Positions 1 through 11,835 of a stretch of DNA of 47,246 nt are shown here, in pieces. Location: the NCBI GenBank assembly GCA_002633005.1, contig NMRA01000509.1:117913-165158 (forward strand), written 5' to 3'. Under the pieces are notes generated by a model. The model was not told where the DNA came from. It saw nothing but the letters and a program-made list of their open reading frames with translations, and ran no database searches. The position numbers were made by a program, and so were the translations under genes. The DNA comes from Phoronis australis. Its lineage: Eukaryota > Animalia > Phoronida. Each line of letters begins with the position of its first letter. The first letter of the stretch is position 1.

Positions 1-424
1 CTAGTGGCCCTAGTTAGCCAAAAACAGATCAGTGCTACTGTAACAGTATAAGACAAAAACAACCAAACAAAACTGTTATACTTCCTCCTAGTGGCCCTAG
101 TTAGCCAAAAACAGATCAGTGCTACTGTAACAGTATAAGACAAAAACAACCAAACAAAACTGTTATACTTCCTCCTAGTGGCCCTAGTTAGCCAAAAACA
201 GATCAGTGCTACTGTAACAGTATAAGACAAAAACAACCAAACAAAACTGTTATACTTCCTGCTAGTGGCCCTAGTTAGCCAAAAACAGATCAGTGCTACT
301 GTAACAGTATAAGACAAAAACAACCAAACAAAACTGTTATACTTCCTGCTAGTGGCCCTAGTTAGCCAAAAACAGATCAGTGCTACTGTAACAGTATAAG
401 ACAAAAACAACCAAACAAAACTGT
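1..424. repeat. 87-bp tandem repeat, about 4.9 near-identical copies (open at window edge), in a GSAP intron
   Basis: Unit CTAGTGGCCCTAGTTAGCC...TATACTTCCT(C/G) restarts at 1, 88, 175, 262 and 349. Confidence 0.97.
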
Positions 425-503
425 GTTAATAGCAAAAATGACTGGTAATGGCTGTTATAGCAAATTTCTATACGGAATGGTTTAGTCTCCTTACTATCTG
501 CAT

Positions 504-1014
504 GACGGCATTTTTCCGTTCAGTGACTACAATACGTAGAGGGTTGTGAGCGTGTGATAACATCTAGCTTCATTGTGAACTGCCAAGCACAGACTTTTTG
601 CAATGTGTGGTATGACAACAGGCAGGCCAATTATCTACCATGTTTATTACAGACCATTTGTGAACACAGTCAAACCAAGAGCGAATTGGTACAATCGGAA
701 AGATTGTCGCAACTTCGGTCGTAGTTGGGCAATTTTGGCAATTCAAAACTAAGCAGGATCACCATTTGACGAAGATTTCAGAAAATGCTATTGGTTTATG
801 TTCATTTGTTATAGTAGCACAGCCCAGTCAGGGTAGATATGATTTTACTGGAGATTAGAGCAATAATTGAACAAAAGAGAGCTGACCCTCCAACCATAAA
901 TGCCAGAATGGAGTTAATCAGTCGCGTAAGACATTGGGTACAGGAGTGATCTTCCCAACTTGTTGTTGGGCTATAGAATCGAACAAGTTTGGAGCAACGG
1001 AAAACGCCGTAATG
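504..1014 (+). repeat. Unclassified ~510-bp repeat, copy A (inverted relative to 4763-5295)
   Basis: Its reverse complement aligns by eye along its length to 4763-5295, with many substitutions and small indels. Example: GCCAGAATGGAGTTAATCAGT and CTTCCCAACTTGTTGTTGGGCTATAGAATC are shared exactly. Confidence 0.9.
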
Positions 1015-1698
1015 GTCCTATTAATTCCCCATCATTCTCGGTCATGAAAGGAGGTTGCTTTGGAAATGAATTACGATTTCACCCAGCCGTCATGACAGGC
1101 AATTCCGGGATTTTCTGTCGGAATACTTTTGGCACGTGCTGGATGTATTTCCATCATTAAGGAAAATTCGCTAGTTTAGAACGAATCATTTTGATATTGT
1201 CAATTGAAAATTGTTACTTAGGCCACCATTGGGGGTAACCATCATCGAAGCACACTGATTAACTCAAACACGTAATATTGTAAAAATTGCAAATTCTAAA
1301 TTGCCCCGTGGATTGCAAAAAAGTGCATTTCTATTCCTATTGTGAGTAAAAATCGTTTCATATTACTACTGGTTGATCAATCATCACAAAAATTGTTCGC
1401 ATTTGGGACTAAGAGAAATAACATAGTGGCTAAAATTGTGCCAATGGTTGCATATCATTGGTGTTGTTCACACTATAGGCTTTAAATTTTGAAATTTATA
1501 TACAAGGCCAGTGAAAGTCTGTAGTACTTTGTGAACTCTGCTCTTTGGGACCAACAACTGTCCCAGTTGGCTTACTAAGTAAACACACCTAACAAAGGGT
1601 TTATGACCCTGGCTGAGAAGTTCATTGTTTTATTGCTCCCCATGAATTTTGAATAGCCCAGCCTGTAATGGAATAATGCACAGACAAATGAAACTTAC

Positions 1699-1878
1699 CC
1701 CTACTGAGTGGGACATCCCTGAATGAAACTGTATGCAGCAGACTGCCGGACAGTAGCCTGCATCGTGGCCTTTCCTCTTCTTAAAATGGAGGTAGTAAAG
1801 TCGTTGCGTTGCTGTCTCCCACTGAGACCAAACAAACTTTCCCTGCAGCTGTTCTGTGCGTGGCTGAGCAGACATGAT
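1699..1878 (-). CDS. GSAP: GSAP (gamma-secretase-activating protein/pigeon) homologue, coding exon 8; gene continues to the left
   Basis: AG/GT-bounded 180-nt phase 0-0 exon, IMSAQPRTEQLQGKFVWSQWETATQRLYYLHFKK...CCIQF. Resembles the FVWAQWDxxxQRLYYI...CIQF segment of vertebrate GSAP as recalled. Confidence 0.88.
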
Positions 1879-2347
1879 CTGTAGCAGCAAACATCAAACG
1901 ACGTTTGAATGCAAACTAAGATCACACAAATGTTACTATGTGGTCACAAAAAACAATCCGACCGCCACATAACCTCTGTGTACAAATTCCAGGTACCCAA
2001 CCTCCCAGACATTTAGAAATACATGATTGTGAGTTCCCATTAACTGAGGGTTCTTGTCTAATTAACATATTTTACTGATCACGTAGCTGCATGTTTTGCT
2101 TCTCAAGCACTGCAATTATTCTGTTCAAACATATAAATTTTGCTAAATCACAATTAAAAAGCCTATATCATAAAAAGTTACAAATACAGCCAAAGAGGGC
2201 ATGGTTGCGCTTAAAAATAACCTTAGGTGCATGCATCTAAGAATACTGCGTGCAGTACAATAAGCTAGGAGATAGTTATTTTTTGAAAATAAGTAGAATG
2301 ACATAAATGTAAACGTACGCAAAGACAATCAACATCTGTTGACTTAC

Positions 2348-2394
2348 CACTTTGCTCCCAGCTCTAGCAAATGGAATGTGGTAAAGCCCGATGG
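2348..2394 (-). CDS. GSAP: GSAP coding exon 7
   Basis: 47 nt, phase 1-0, (S)IGLYHIPFARAGSKV. Acceptor ttttcag, donor gtaagt; joins exons 6 and 8 in frame. Confidence 0.85.
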
Positions 2395-4022
2395 CTGAAA
2401 ACAACAGGGCAGTAAACAATAACTATTACGGTAAAGTTGCACGATTTTCAGATGGCTCGCCATTTTGGAACAAGAATAAGTATTTCAAATAAGTTTTCCA
2501 TAGTCCATAAAATTCGTACAAGGTCCAAAAACTGTTTTTCAATGGTCCACAAATTTCAGACAATGTCATAAATATCGGAATTCTGTCTCCCAAATTTCGG
2601 ACAAAGAAAATCTTAGAAATGTTAATTTCAGATCGACGAAACTCTCATGCCGCTCAAGTGTTCAATGGATGATTACTACTCTATAAGGCTTGAACCCAAG
2701 AATCGGTGTAACAGGCACTGCAATTTTTACCTAGTTGATAACACGGCAGTGTAACTCGATTGTTTCTCAAGTCTGCCGTGCATTTATCTTGTGTTTCACG
2801 CTTTATCTATGAAAAGAATCACCGAGTCCAGCACAACGAAAATTTCTGACAAAAGATGGGAAATACACCGAAGGCTGCAATTTTTCATTTTAGTGCGATT
2901 GACTAATAATGTTCGATTTCCTACTGTGACAATGAAATATGCATGCCTGATATCTTTACGGAACTTCTTAGTTTTTAAACATCTTCTGACTAATCGCTGT
3001 GTCCTTTGAAAATGCTGTTGTGACTAAAAACTGCTGACAACGCGTTTGGATTTTATTAATATTGTTAGTTGAAAGGAGCTATAGACCCGATTTCCATCAC
3101 AAAACCCAAGTTTGATTTAGGCCAAATGCTATTGATCTCAAACTATTCCTTGCTCAGAAGCAGCTATCAATTTTGGGCTTGGAAAGAATATAACTTAGAA
3201 TGGTTTGAGACCAGCCTCTATATTAAGTTCAATTGTAACGGTGAGTCATTTCATCTGCAGAGCATGGTCAGAAGAAGTAAGAGACTACCAGCTCCTTAAA
3301 GACCAGACATCATTTCTCATCAGAGTAAGAGAAACGTTGAGACCAACGGTAAGTGGTCTAAATCAAAAGAAAGTTTCTAACACGGATTATGGATGCATTC
3401 AAAGCTGCAGTGAATGTAACCTTTAACCTAAACTTCACCAGAGCTCTCTACACATTCCTTTCTCACTGACGCTTCAGAAGAACTGACAGTTTGTTATTAC
3501 TCAAGACCATGCATGATGCATTAAATGACCCACAGAATCATGCCAATTTACTTGGGCTGGTCTTTGGCAATTTGTGCTAAAGTTTTGGTAATCTCAAGCC
3601 CAAAAAGCCTTTCACATCAGACACAATTGTCCATGATACAGAAAGCAATCATAATCAAAAGTTGTTTAGATGGATGGCAGGTAAACACCGGCTTTGGATA
3701 CAGATACTGGTGAGTTGATTGATGACAAAAAAGTCTTCAAATCTTTACCCTTCCATTTAAAGGACTGGTTAGAACAGAATTGCTGACTCTTGGTAGTTAG
3801 AGAAGAAACACATTCATATGTACAAACATGTTTGTCTCATAACAAGGGAACTTTGTCTGGTAAGATTTAAGAGAAATTTACATGAACATCTAATACAGAC
3901 ATTGCAAACAAGCTCTCAACAAGAAAACCCACCATGTGATTAAACACTGCAACAATAACTGCTCACAATATTTCTGTTCGTCAACCCCAGCAATCTGCAA
4001 AGAAGCTAAACCAATCACTCAC

Positions 4023-4193
4023 ACTCTCTGTGCAGTTGTACCACCAGGTGGCACTCCTTGGCAGCGACTGCATCCTGTGGTGCAGGAGGGCTGCCATAAA
4101 TGAACTGTGACCGCAAATAGCGATACCTGTCAATGTTCAGCGAGAATACACGACTCTGCGGCTGGATCTCTGCTAAGAACAGTTTGTAGACAT
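4023..4193 (-). CDS. GSAP: GSAP coding exon 6
   Basis: 171 nt, phase 1-1, (D)VYKLFLAEIQPQSRVFSLNIDRYRYLRSQFIYG...CHLVVQLHRE. Acceptor ttgcag, donor gtgagt; matches the LVEIHP...VQFLY...HLLL region of GSAP. Confidence 0.87.
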
Positions 4194-4762
4194 CTGCAAG
4201 GACGAGAAATTGAGAAATGTCACAAAGGTCACATGCAGAGGTCAATGAGTCAGAGGTCAAACCAAACAGATGTTTTCGGATCACCATTATGTGTGGTGAG
4301 AAATCCATAAAAGATGGAGGATGTGGAAAGTTACCTTGCGTTAGATTCTGGGCCTAAGTTGGCAACCAGACAAGGCGACTTCAGACTATATTTGGCGACC
4401 TGGTGGCACTCCATGAAGTCACAATCCAAACATCTGAGCATGAAGAAAAGACAAGGAAGTCGAAATTGTTCAGCAGAAATCAAAAAGGCCCGTTTATAAG
4501 TCATACACAGGCAATGTGTGCCGATCGCCTGCTTTTGCTTTAGGAGGTGAGCTTGCATGGAATACTGGACCTGAGAGGCAGGGAATTGGTTATTACCAAG
4601 ACACTCCATAATTTTCTGTTCAACTAAAAAAAATTTTTCTGGTCCGACACTGTGTCATTTACAGTACGCAGGATGGTATGCAGAGCCACACAACATCAAA
4701 ATGCATCCTGAGAACTTCACAAGTTTTGAGTGACATCAGAGTCACTTGCAAACGCACCCAAG

Positions 4763-5295
4763 CATTACGGCGTTTTCCCGTTGCTCCCAACTTGTTAGAT
4801 TCTATAGCCCAACAACAAGTTGGGAAGATAACCCCTGTAGCCAATGTCTTACAATACTGATTAACTCCATTCTGGCATTGATGGTTGGAGGGCCAGCTCT
4901 CTTTTGTTTGATAATTGCTCTAATCTTCAATAAGATTGTATCCAGCCTGACTGGGAAGTGCCATTAAAAATAAAAGTTAAGTTATAACACATTTTAACAT
5001 AAACCAATAGCATTTCTGAAATCCTTGTCAAATGCTGATCATGCTTAGTTTTTGAATAACCACAATCGCCCAACAGCAACCAAAGTTACGACTATCTAGT
5101 CTTTCCGAACGTACCAATTTGCTCTGGGTTTGATTGTGTTAACATGTTGTCTGTAATAAGCCTGGTAGATAACTGGCCTGCCTGTTTTCATACCAGACAA
5201 AAGACGGTGCTTGGCAGTTAACACAGAAGCTAGATGCCATCACACGCTCACAACCCTTTACGTCTGGTAAAGTCACTGAACCGGACAATGCCGTC
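4763..5295 (-). repeat. Unclassified repeat, copy B (inverted partner of 504-1014), GSAP intron 5
   Basis: Reverse complement of 504-1014. Confidence 0.9.
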
Positions 5296-6006
5296 TTGAT
5301 TGTGACCTAACAGCCAGGATGTGACCTGGGATCTGCATGCCAGAACATGTAGACGGGAGCAATCATATTGTCTTTTTTGAAAGTTAAAGCGATTTGACCA
5401 TGGGGCTAAGATCTAGGGCCACCAGAAATTTCTTTGCAATCAAGTTGACCGTTGCGGAGTCTTAGTGGCTGATAACAGAATTTGGCTGAAGGTATTAATA
5501 TGTAGAAATTATTACTTAATTAATACACGTAACTTCACAATGAAAGTAATTTGGTGTCACAATTAAAACCAACTTCATAAATAAAGCTATCAGTTGTGTT
5601 GAAGATAGGCGTGCAAGTGAAATCTTCACATTTTTACCTAGTTCACTAAAACATATATAATGTCATAAGACAGATACTTAACACATATATTAATTAAACA
5701 TAATTAGCAAGGAAAACTCACCTGAAGAAAAGGTGCTTGGGTTGAGGGGACAATCATCGCCAATTCCAATCCCCCCCACACTGCCTCATATCGGCAAATT
5801 AACATTTTTCTGATTAAAAGGTTAAGGAATCCTTACTTTAAGAGGAATTCTTTAATAATTGGAGGGTACTTGAACCTGGTGATGGGAATATCATGTGATT
5901 TTCAAACAGTTTTCACAGGGGAAATGGGGCCAGTATTCATCCCCAAAACCCAGGTATCAAAGTTCTACTAAGTGAACACGTCAAAATCAAAAAGCTATTT
6001 TCTCAC

Positions 6007-6075
6007 CTTTTCTCTGTTTTTCTTTGCTCTCTGCATTTTCCTGAAGTGTTTCTTCAGATGACAATGTGGTGAAAC
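6007..6075 (-). CDS. GSAP: GSAP coding exon 5
   Basis: 69 nt, phase 1-1, (C)FTTLSSEETLQENAESKEKQRK. Acceptor cctag, donor gtgaga; in frame with its neighbours. Confidence 0.8.
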
Positions 6076-6982
6076 CTAGGAATTTTTAAACCACTGATTG
6101 CAGTAAACAAATTGTAATACTAGGAAAATTTGGAAAGTTAACATAATTTGAAATTCTGAGTTAGACAGAACACAGCTCCTTCTAAATTACCGGTAGAGAA
6201 AAAATGCAGAACTCGATCTGAATGACTCATCTTGTTCAATCAACCATTGATACTTCAAAGCAGTTTTCTATTACAAAAACATAAGACAAAAAGGCCACCT
6301 ACTAAATTGGCCTTAGAAGAGTTTAAGCGCAATCACATGGTGAGTAAAAACAGTCTCCTATTTAAGAAAGTCATGCAGAGTCAGTTCAAAACACGACCCG
6401 GGAACTCACGACCTCCATCTCCAGTAACAGTGAACTACTGCTTTGTTCAAATCCAGAAAATCGCCTTTTAATTCACAATGGTGAGTGGTCCAAATTAAAA
6501 CTTAACTTTTGACAGAAAACACAGTTTCAAGCCACATTAATTTCAATTTAAAACATTAAAGTTGAGGGCTGGAGTAAAAATCAAATTTTGATCAAGACAC
6601 TTTCTTCAAACAGCAAAACACAAATTGAACTAACTGGGCAATGTGTACGCAGATCCTAATTAACATGACAGTTTGTCTTCCTCTGTCACAAACTACAATT
6701 AGGATGTACTCAGAGACAGCTTTCTTTTCTCACATGCCACGTTTTAAGGAACAACATGTCTGTTGTCTCACAGACCACTGTTCAATGACTTCCAGCCAAT
6801 GATGCACAAAGTGAATTTGAGAATGTGCAGCATAGAAAATCACTACAGAAAATAATGTGATTCATCCGAACAGAGTTCATCAAAAAAATGTAGTGCTCAT
6901 GAGAACTGTGGTTGGTGAGAATGATTGTGCTGTTCAAGACAGAGATGAAGACTAGCTGACTAGGTTGAGGTTAATTACTTAC

Positions 6983-7052
6983 ACAAGAATGTTCTTTCTT
7001 CATTAATAGTGGCACAAACTGTTTTGACTATTTGCTCATGTACGAAGACAAC
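6983..7052 (-). CDS. GSAP: GSAP coding exon 4
   Basis: 70 nt, phase 0-1, VVFVHEQIVKTVCATINEERTFL (cf. GSAP SCSVNSERTLL). Acceptor ttttag, donor gtaagt. Confidence 0.85.
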
Positions 7053-7756
7053 CTAAAAGACATAAAATTACATACTTTACAAAGAGCGTAAAAGTTCAAC
7101 CTTTTCAAAGCAAAAATCAGGCAATGTAAGACACCACAAAATTTTCCCTCCAAGAATGAGACAAAAGCAAATTATTGAGAGACTACACTACAAAATTGAC
7201 CAGTCTTGGTGGTTTCATAAAAACATGCTGACAACAACAACGTGTTATTTCTTAAACTACAGTTATCACTCTGACGCCAGTATACTTGATGGTTCATGAC
7301 ACCACCACTGATATCTGGCTTGTTGTTTCATGCTCCTTCACTTGATCCGCACAGCTGACAAAATAATAATCTACAAATCTAAATAAAATTTAGTAAATGC
7401 TGTGAGGAGTAAGTTGGAGCACTGATTGACAAAATGACCCCACACTTCGTTTCATGTCTGGCGATTGCAACAGTTTACTGAAACTCATCGTCATCATAGT
7501 TAGTAGCAAGGTGGCCATTACGTTGACATACAACATTCGAGCACAAGCTCGATACATGATTGGAAGTAGACAGGCGGAAGTTGGGACTGTTACTGCCTCA
7601 GGTTTTCAAGTTTTAACTTTAATTCAAAAACCTTAATTCTGAAATTTGCAATATGTTGGTTCATGCACTGGTTGCTAAGGTTTTCGATTCCTTTGTGTCC
7701 TGACAATAAACAAATCTGTATCTGTTAAGCTTCGTATAAAGCAGACATTCACTCAC

Positions 7757-7813
7757 TCTGTGCTTTGAAGAGGAAGGTTCATACACAGCAAAGTGTGTTA
7801 CCACAATGGGATC
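7757..7813 (-). CDS. GSAP: GSAP coding exon 3
   Basis: 57 nt, phase 0-0, DPIVVTHFAVYEPSSSKHR. Acceptor ttttgcag, donor gtgagt. Confidence 0.8.
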
Positions 7814-9017
7814 CTGCAAAAGACGATAACAAAGTAAACAAAAGCATAAAAGAAACAAATGATGTTTTTGTTATAAACACACAGGCACAAAAACTACGTA
7901 GACATAAGTGATACACAAATTGTCTTCGCCATATTTTGATGTCATAGTTGAAAACTTCTGAACCATGTTTGGAAATCTTGAGCTATGTTTCAAAAGCTCT
8001 GAGCCATGTTTGAATTCTGCAGCCATGTTTGAGAAGTTTTTTTCTACTTTGCAAAAGACATGGTCGAAATGGTAGTACATACTGACTGCACGAATTTCGT
8101 ACTCTCTTCCAGTACAGTGTAGGCATGTATGATATATACTAGTACATTTCGTAAACCCTCAGCTGTCAAGTTTGAATTTTCTGTTATAGAGAACACCAAT
8201 AGACTATAAAAACAAACTTTATTTTTCCAGGCAGATTGTACAAATAAAAAATCTGTATACTTGGGCTTCATGCACCCTAGCAAGTGAAGAACTCATGCAC
8301 ATAACATTGATCAGTAAGTTGTTTTTTTTTTCAAACTTAATCAGCAGTTTCAAGCCTAGTTCTTTATCTATCTAACATCTGTAGGAGAAAATATGCTACC
8401 ACCACATCACCTTCAACCAGCCTAGCTGCTTTAACAGTAATTGTTGAGCTCGGTGTTTTAACAGTAAGAGTGTACAGTACAAAAAAGCCGACACTTCGCT
8501 ACTTTTGTAATTGATTTCCAGTGAATAAGCCAACACTAGCCTGCCTTACCCTACTCATATTCCAATCAACACGTGGTGCATAGTGCTCTAACAAGAGAGA
8601 CGTCTCTTGCTATAGAAGAGGACAATGAGTGTGAGGAATGACCGGCCAACTAGTCGTCAACTTATCTAACCCTTGAAAGGTCAACAATGAAGTAAGTTTT
8701 TCAGACAAAATAACAGTTTATTCAGAAGACTTCTATTGACAATTCAATTGCACAACTTTTTCTTTACGAAATCGAGCAGCCTGGCTAACTATGGGTCTTA
8801 ATTGTATGCAGCAGAAGTCTTCAACCACTTTTACTTCTTTTTAATTTTTGATCACATGTCACATGCAGAGTACAGTTCTCTCAGTTGTGGGCATTAATCA
8901 GTAAAAACTGGTCCTTCCTATGGATCAATTACCAAATGAACTGGAACAACACTGGCTTAATTGTTGGAGTACATGCATTCAGCCCCAGGCTCATGAGTCA
9001 TGCGAACTAATAATTAC

Positions 9018-9109
9018 CTGTAGATTATAAGGGGAGAAATCATTCCATGAGTACAGCAAGGTGCCATCTCTTTCTTGCCCCAGTAAAGAGATTTCTGGCC
9101 TTTCAATAG
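9018..9109 (-). CDS. GSAP: GSAP coding exon 2
   Basis: 92 nt, phase 1-0, (A)IERPEISLLGQERDGTLLYSWNDFSPYNLQ (cf. GSAP VLNVERNGNIIYTY). Acceptor ttgtag, donor gtaatt. Confidence 0.87.
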
Positions 9110-9354
9110 CTACAATACAATAAACATGAATGGCATTAATTCAATGGTAAGCAACAACTTGAACAAGCATTGACAGCAATCACAGTGGCAAAGGCAAGAC
9201 TCACATTTATGACAATCCAATCTCCAATGAGTATTCCAAAATAATTTTTATGGAATAAAGTATGTTGTACCAGCAAAATGGACTAACCTATGTCCGAGCG
9301 ATACTCGATAATAGGATAAAACAGGCAACCGGCTCAAATATTTTCAGTCCTCAC

Positions 9355-9439
9355 CTGTTTGCGCAGTAGGGGGTCGCTGGCTTTGCACGAATTGATGCAC
9401 ATCTTTTATGACATCAAAGGTTTCCGTAAAATCAATCAT
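9355..9439 (-). CDS. GSAP: GSAP coding exon 1 (ATG at 9439)
   Basis: MIDFTETFDVIKDVHQFVQSQRPPTAQT, similar to the GSAP N-terminus (FDLxKDV). Donor gtgagg, phase 1. Confidence 0.83.
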
Positions 9440-9499
9440 TACCAGGAATAACCAGATTACATGAGCACCTAAAGTCAGATGGCAAGTAGTACCGTACAG

Positions 9500-9810
9500 C
9501 AAATAGAACCTATTGATGTTTACCAACACCTAGCCCTCCCCACATATCACATGCTGAACCGCTTATGTCGTCAGCAATTCAAAATAATTATGAACTAGTT
9601 CAGCACAACTTTCGTATTGCAGCCGAAAGTACATTGAAGAGGTAATCAAGTGTATTGTCTGAACGCCTCGGGTTATTCCAGTTAATTTTGTAAAATATTA
9701 TAATGATTTTTTTCATTTGATTGGAGCGGCATGCGCATAATAATGCGCAGAAAGTTCTTAATAGCCACCCAAAGGTCGCCAGGAATGTTTATTCTGATAC
9801 GCGAGGTGAG
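9500..9810. promoter_or_regulatory. Putative bidirectional promoter between GSAP (-) and the GT31 gene (+)
   Basis: Locally CpG-richer. Reverse CCAAT (ATTGG, ~9720), NRF1-like GCATGCGCA at 9729-9737 plus ATGCGCA at 9743. A plus-strand donor GAG|GTGAGA at 9805/9806 could close a non-coding first exon. Confidence 0.5.
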
Positions 9811-10494
9811 AGTGCTCGGGAGAATTTGTTCTCAACCTTTGCCAATTAGAGTTAGTGTAGGCAATGATTTTAAAGCAAAATGTTAAGAAGTATTTCAACT
9901 CAAAGATGGAATAATTGATGCCCCCTACACCTGGCCCGGCCACATGAGCCTCAAAACTATACCGCGGGCGCTGGTGTTAGTCACTCAGCGTCCGTAGCTC
10001 GCCCCATTGCATATTGTATTACGTAAAAGTGTATTGGGGACGATCAGAAGCTAAGGACGCCTGTGGTGCCAGTGAAATTGCCCTTGCTCTTGACCTCACG
10101 TAGGGTTGGTTGACCAACTAAATCACGGAAGACTTACGGGCTATTTTTACAAGACAATGTGTAACTTAAAAGCCCAGAAAACCTGACGTGACGATTGTCT
10201 GCCTGACTACTCCGAAAGCATGCATCTCTGTGTTGTGTGCCCCCAAAGTTAAACCCCAGTAATATGATGCACATTAAGAAACACATGGTTCGTTGGTATC
10301 TTGTAGATGGACAATGCTTCTGTACATCAACTGGCAAAAACAGGTGTCGCTGTCTTCCCTTGACGTCACGATTTTTCCTACTGGCAGTTATTTGATTAAC
10401 AATGTCTTTACAGCATTGAAAAATTGGCTGAAATGATTTTAAATGTTTTAAGGACAGAAACTGGTAATTGGCTTAAATCCTCCTGAAAACTTAA

Positions 10495-11835
10495 AGGCGA
10501 AGGCAACCTTTTTTTGTGTCACTTTTAGCAAAAATAAGGTTCGTTGATTATCCCAGACACATTTTTCACTTAACTACAGTTTTTCGTAATTTGATTAATT
10601 TCTCGTCCTCTATTCCGGAAGTGACGTTTTGGGAAGCAAGAGTTTCGTGCCAATTTCTTTTCATTATAGTCTGACTGTGAGCACTGTCGAGTCACTGATC
10701 ATCGTTCTACCTCGGTTGTGATAAGTTCGGTCGTCGATTGCTTTTGTTTACAAGTCAGTCAACATGCCACGCTGTTGCTGCGTGCCGGGATGTACTCATT
10801 ATCGTCTCACACACGCTTTGGGTAGCTTGCGTCGCTTTCCGAAGGATGACACATTTCGCCGTACTTCTCTAGCTCGTTCAGGTGAAGAACGCAGCATTAC
10901 CCGTCCATGCAAGGTACAAAGCAGTGTAGGGTTACCGAGTGTTTGGCAAGCATTTTCTGCCTTCAGATTACGACAGAGATATGTACGCTGAATTGATGAA
11001 GGTCCCTGCGAAACAACGCCTGAAGAAGGGTACCATACCGTCGCTGTTGATTCCCGGCAGTGCCCCGTCGCCAACCCCGAGAAGTGCGTTTTTGAAGCGA
11101 GAAGCCTCGCGAGCTGTGGCCACTATATACAGTGACTGGGGGCACTTCATGTACTGTCACCCGTGCATCCGAACATACCCCATTGCATGCAATGCTGGGA
11201 ACTAGCAGTGATTCGCCCTGTGCTGTTGTCTCTAGTCCAGAGCCTGTAAGCAGCCGTGCAGCGATGTTGAGTAGTGGGAGTGAATACAGGCCCAGTTCAA
11301 CACCCAGTGAAGAGGACAGTTCGTCATCCAATGAACAGATCGGTGAGCCTAAGTTTGATAAGTTTATTGTGGACTTGTATTGGAGCTATTTAGAAGGTGC
11401 CAGGTGTGTGGCGAGGGAGTCACACGGCGGGATCTAAGCTGTTTGGGTGCTCAGATCACCCTCCAGTCGGAGTGTGTCGCGGGACACTCGGGCAAGTGGC
11501 CGGGGACACTTCTTCCTCTGTACGTGAGACGATAATGAGTACACCCCAGTACGCAACAACAGTGTGGCATGTTGACTGACTCGTAAGCAAAAGCAAAAGA
11601 CGACCGAACTTATCACAACCGAGGTAGAACAATGACTGACTCAACTGCTCCCACAGTCAGACTACATGAAAACGAATTGGCACGAAATTCTTGCCTCCCA
11701 AAACGTCACTTCCGGAGTAGACGACGAGTAATTAAATAAATTACGAAAAGTAGTAAATAAGTGAAAAATATGTCTTTGATAATCAACGAACCTCATTTTT
11801 GCTAAAAATGACATGAAAAAAGATTGCCTTCACCT
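10495..11835 (+). mobile_element. Kolobok-type DNA transposon, internally deleted derivative with ~315-bp inverted ends
   Basis: TTAA on both sides (10491-10494, 11836-11839), AGG...CCT termini and long imperfect TIRs. Contains a THAP remnant and a transposase N-terminal remnant (KFIV...LELFRRCQVCG...ECVAGHSGKW). Confidence 0.85.
10764..11520 (+). pseudogene. Degenerate THAP zinc finger and 5' part of a Kolobok transposase
   Basis: MPRCCCVPGC...RFPKD...; after a frameshift, RVFGKHFLPSDY...RLKKGTIPSL (THAP C2CH and AVP-box-like). The third Cys and the conserved Trp are mutated; no DDE region present. Confidence 0.8.

Noticed and set aside
1-424. 87-bp array as a CRISPR array
   Set aside because: Units are identical end to end with no unique spacers, there are no cas genes, and the context is a eukaryotic intron.
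4331-4609. 92-aa minus-strand ORF as an extra GSAP exon
   Set aside because: Exons 5 and 6 already join in frame and follow the GSAP pattern; this ORF has no similarity and no clear acceptor.
504-5295. One 4.8-kb DNA transposon with 500-bp TIRs
   Set aside because: The interior holds in-frame host GSAP exons and no transposase, the arms are diverged, and no TSD was found.
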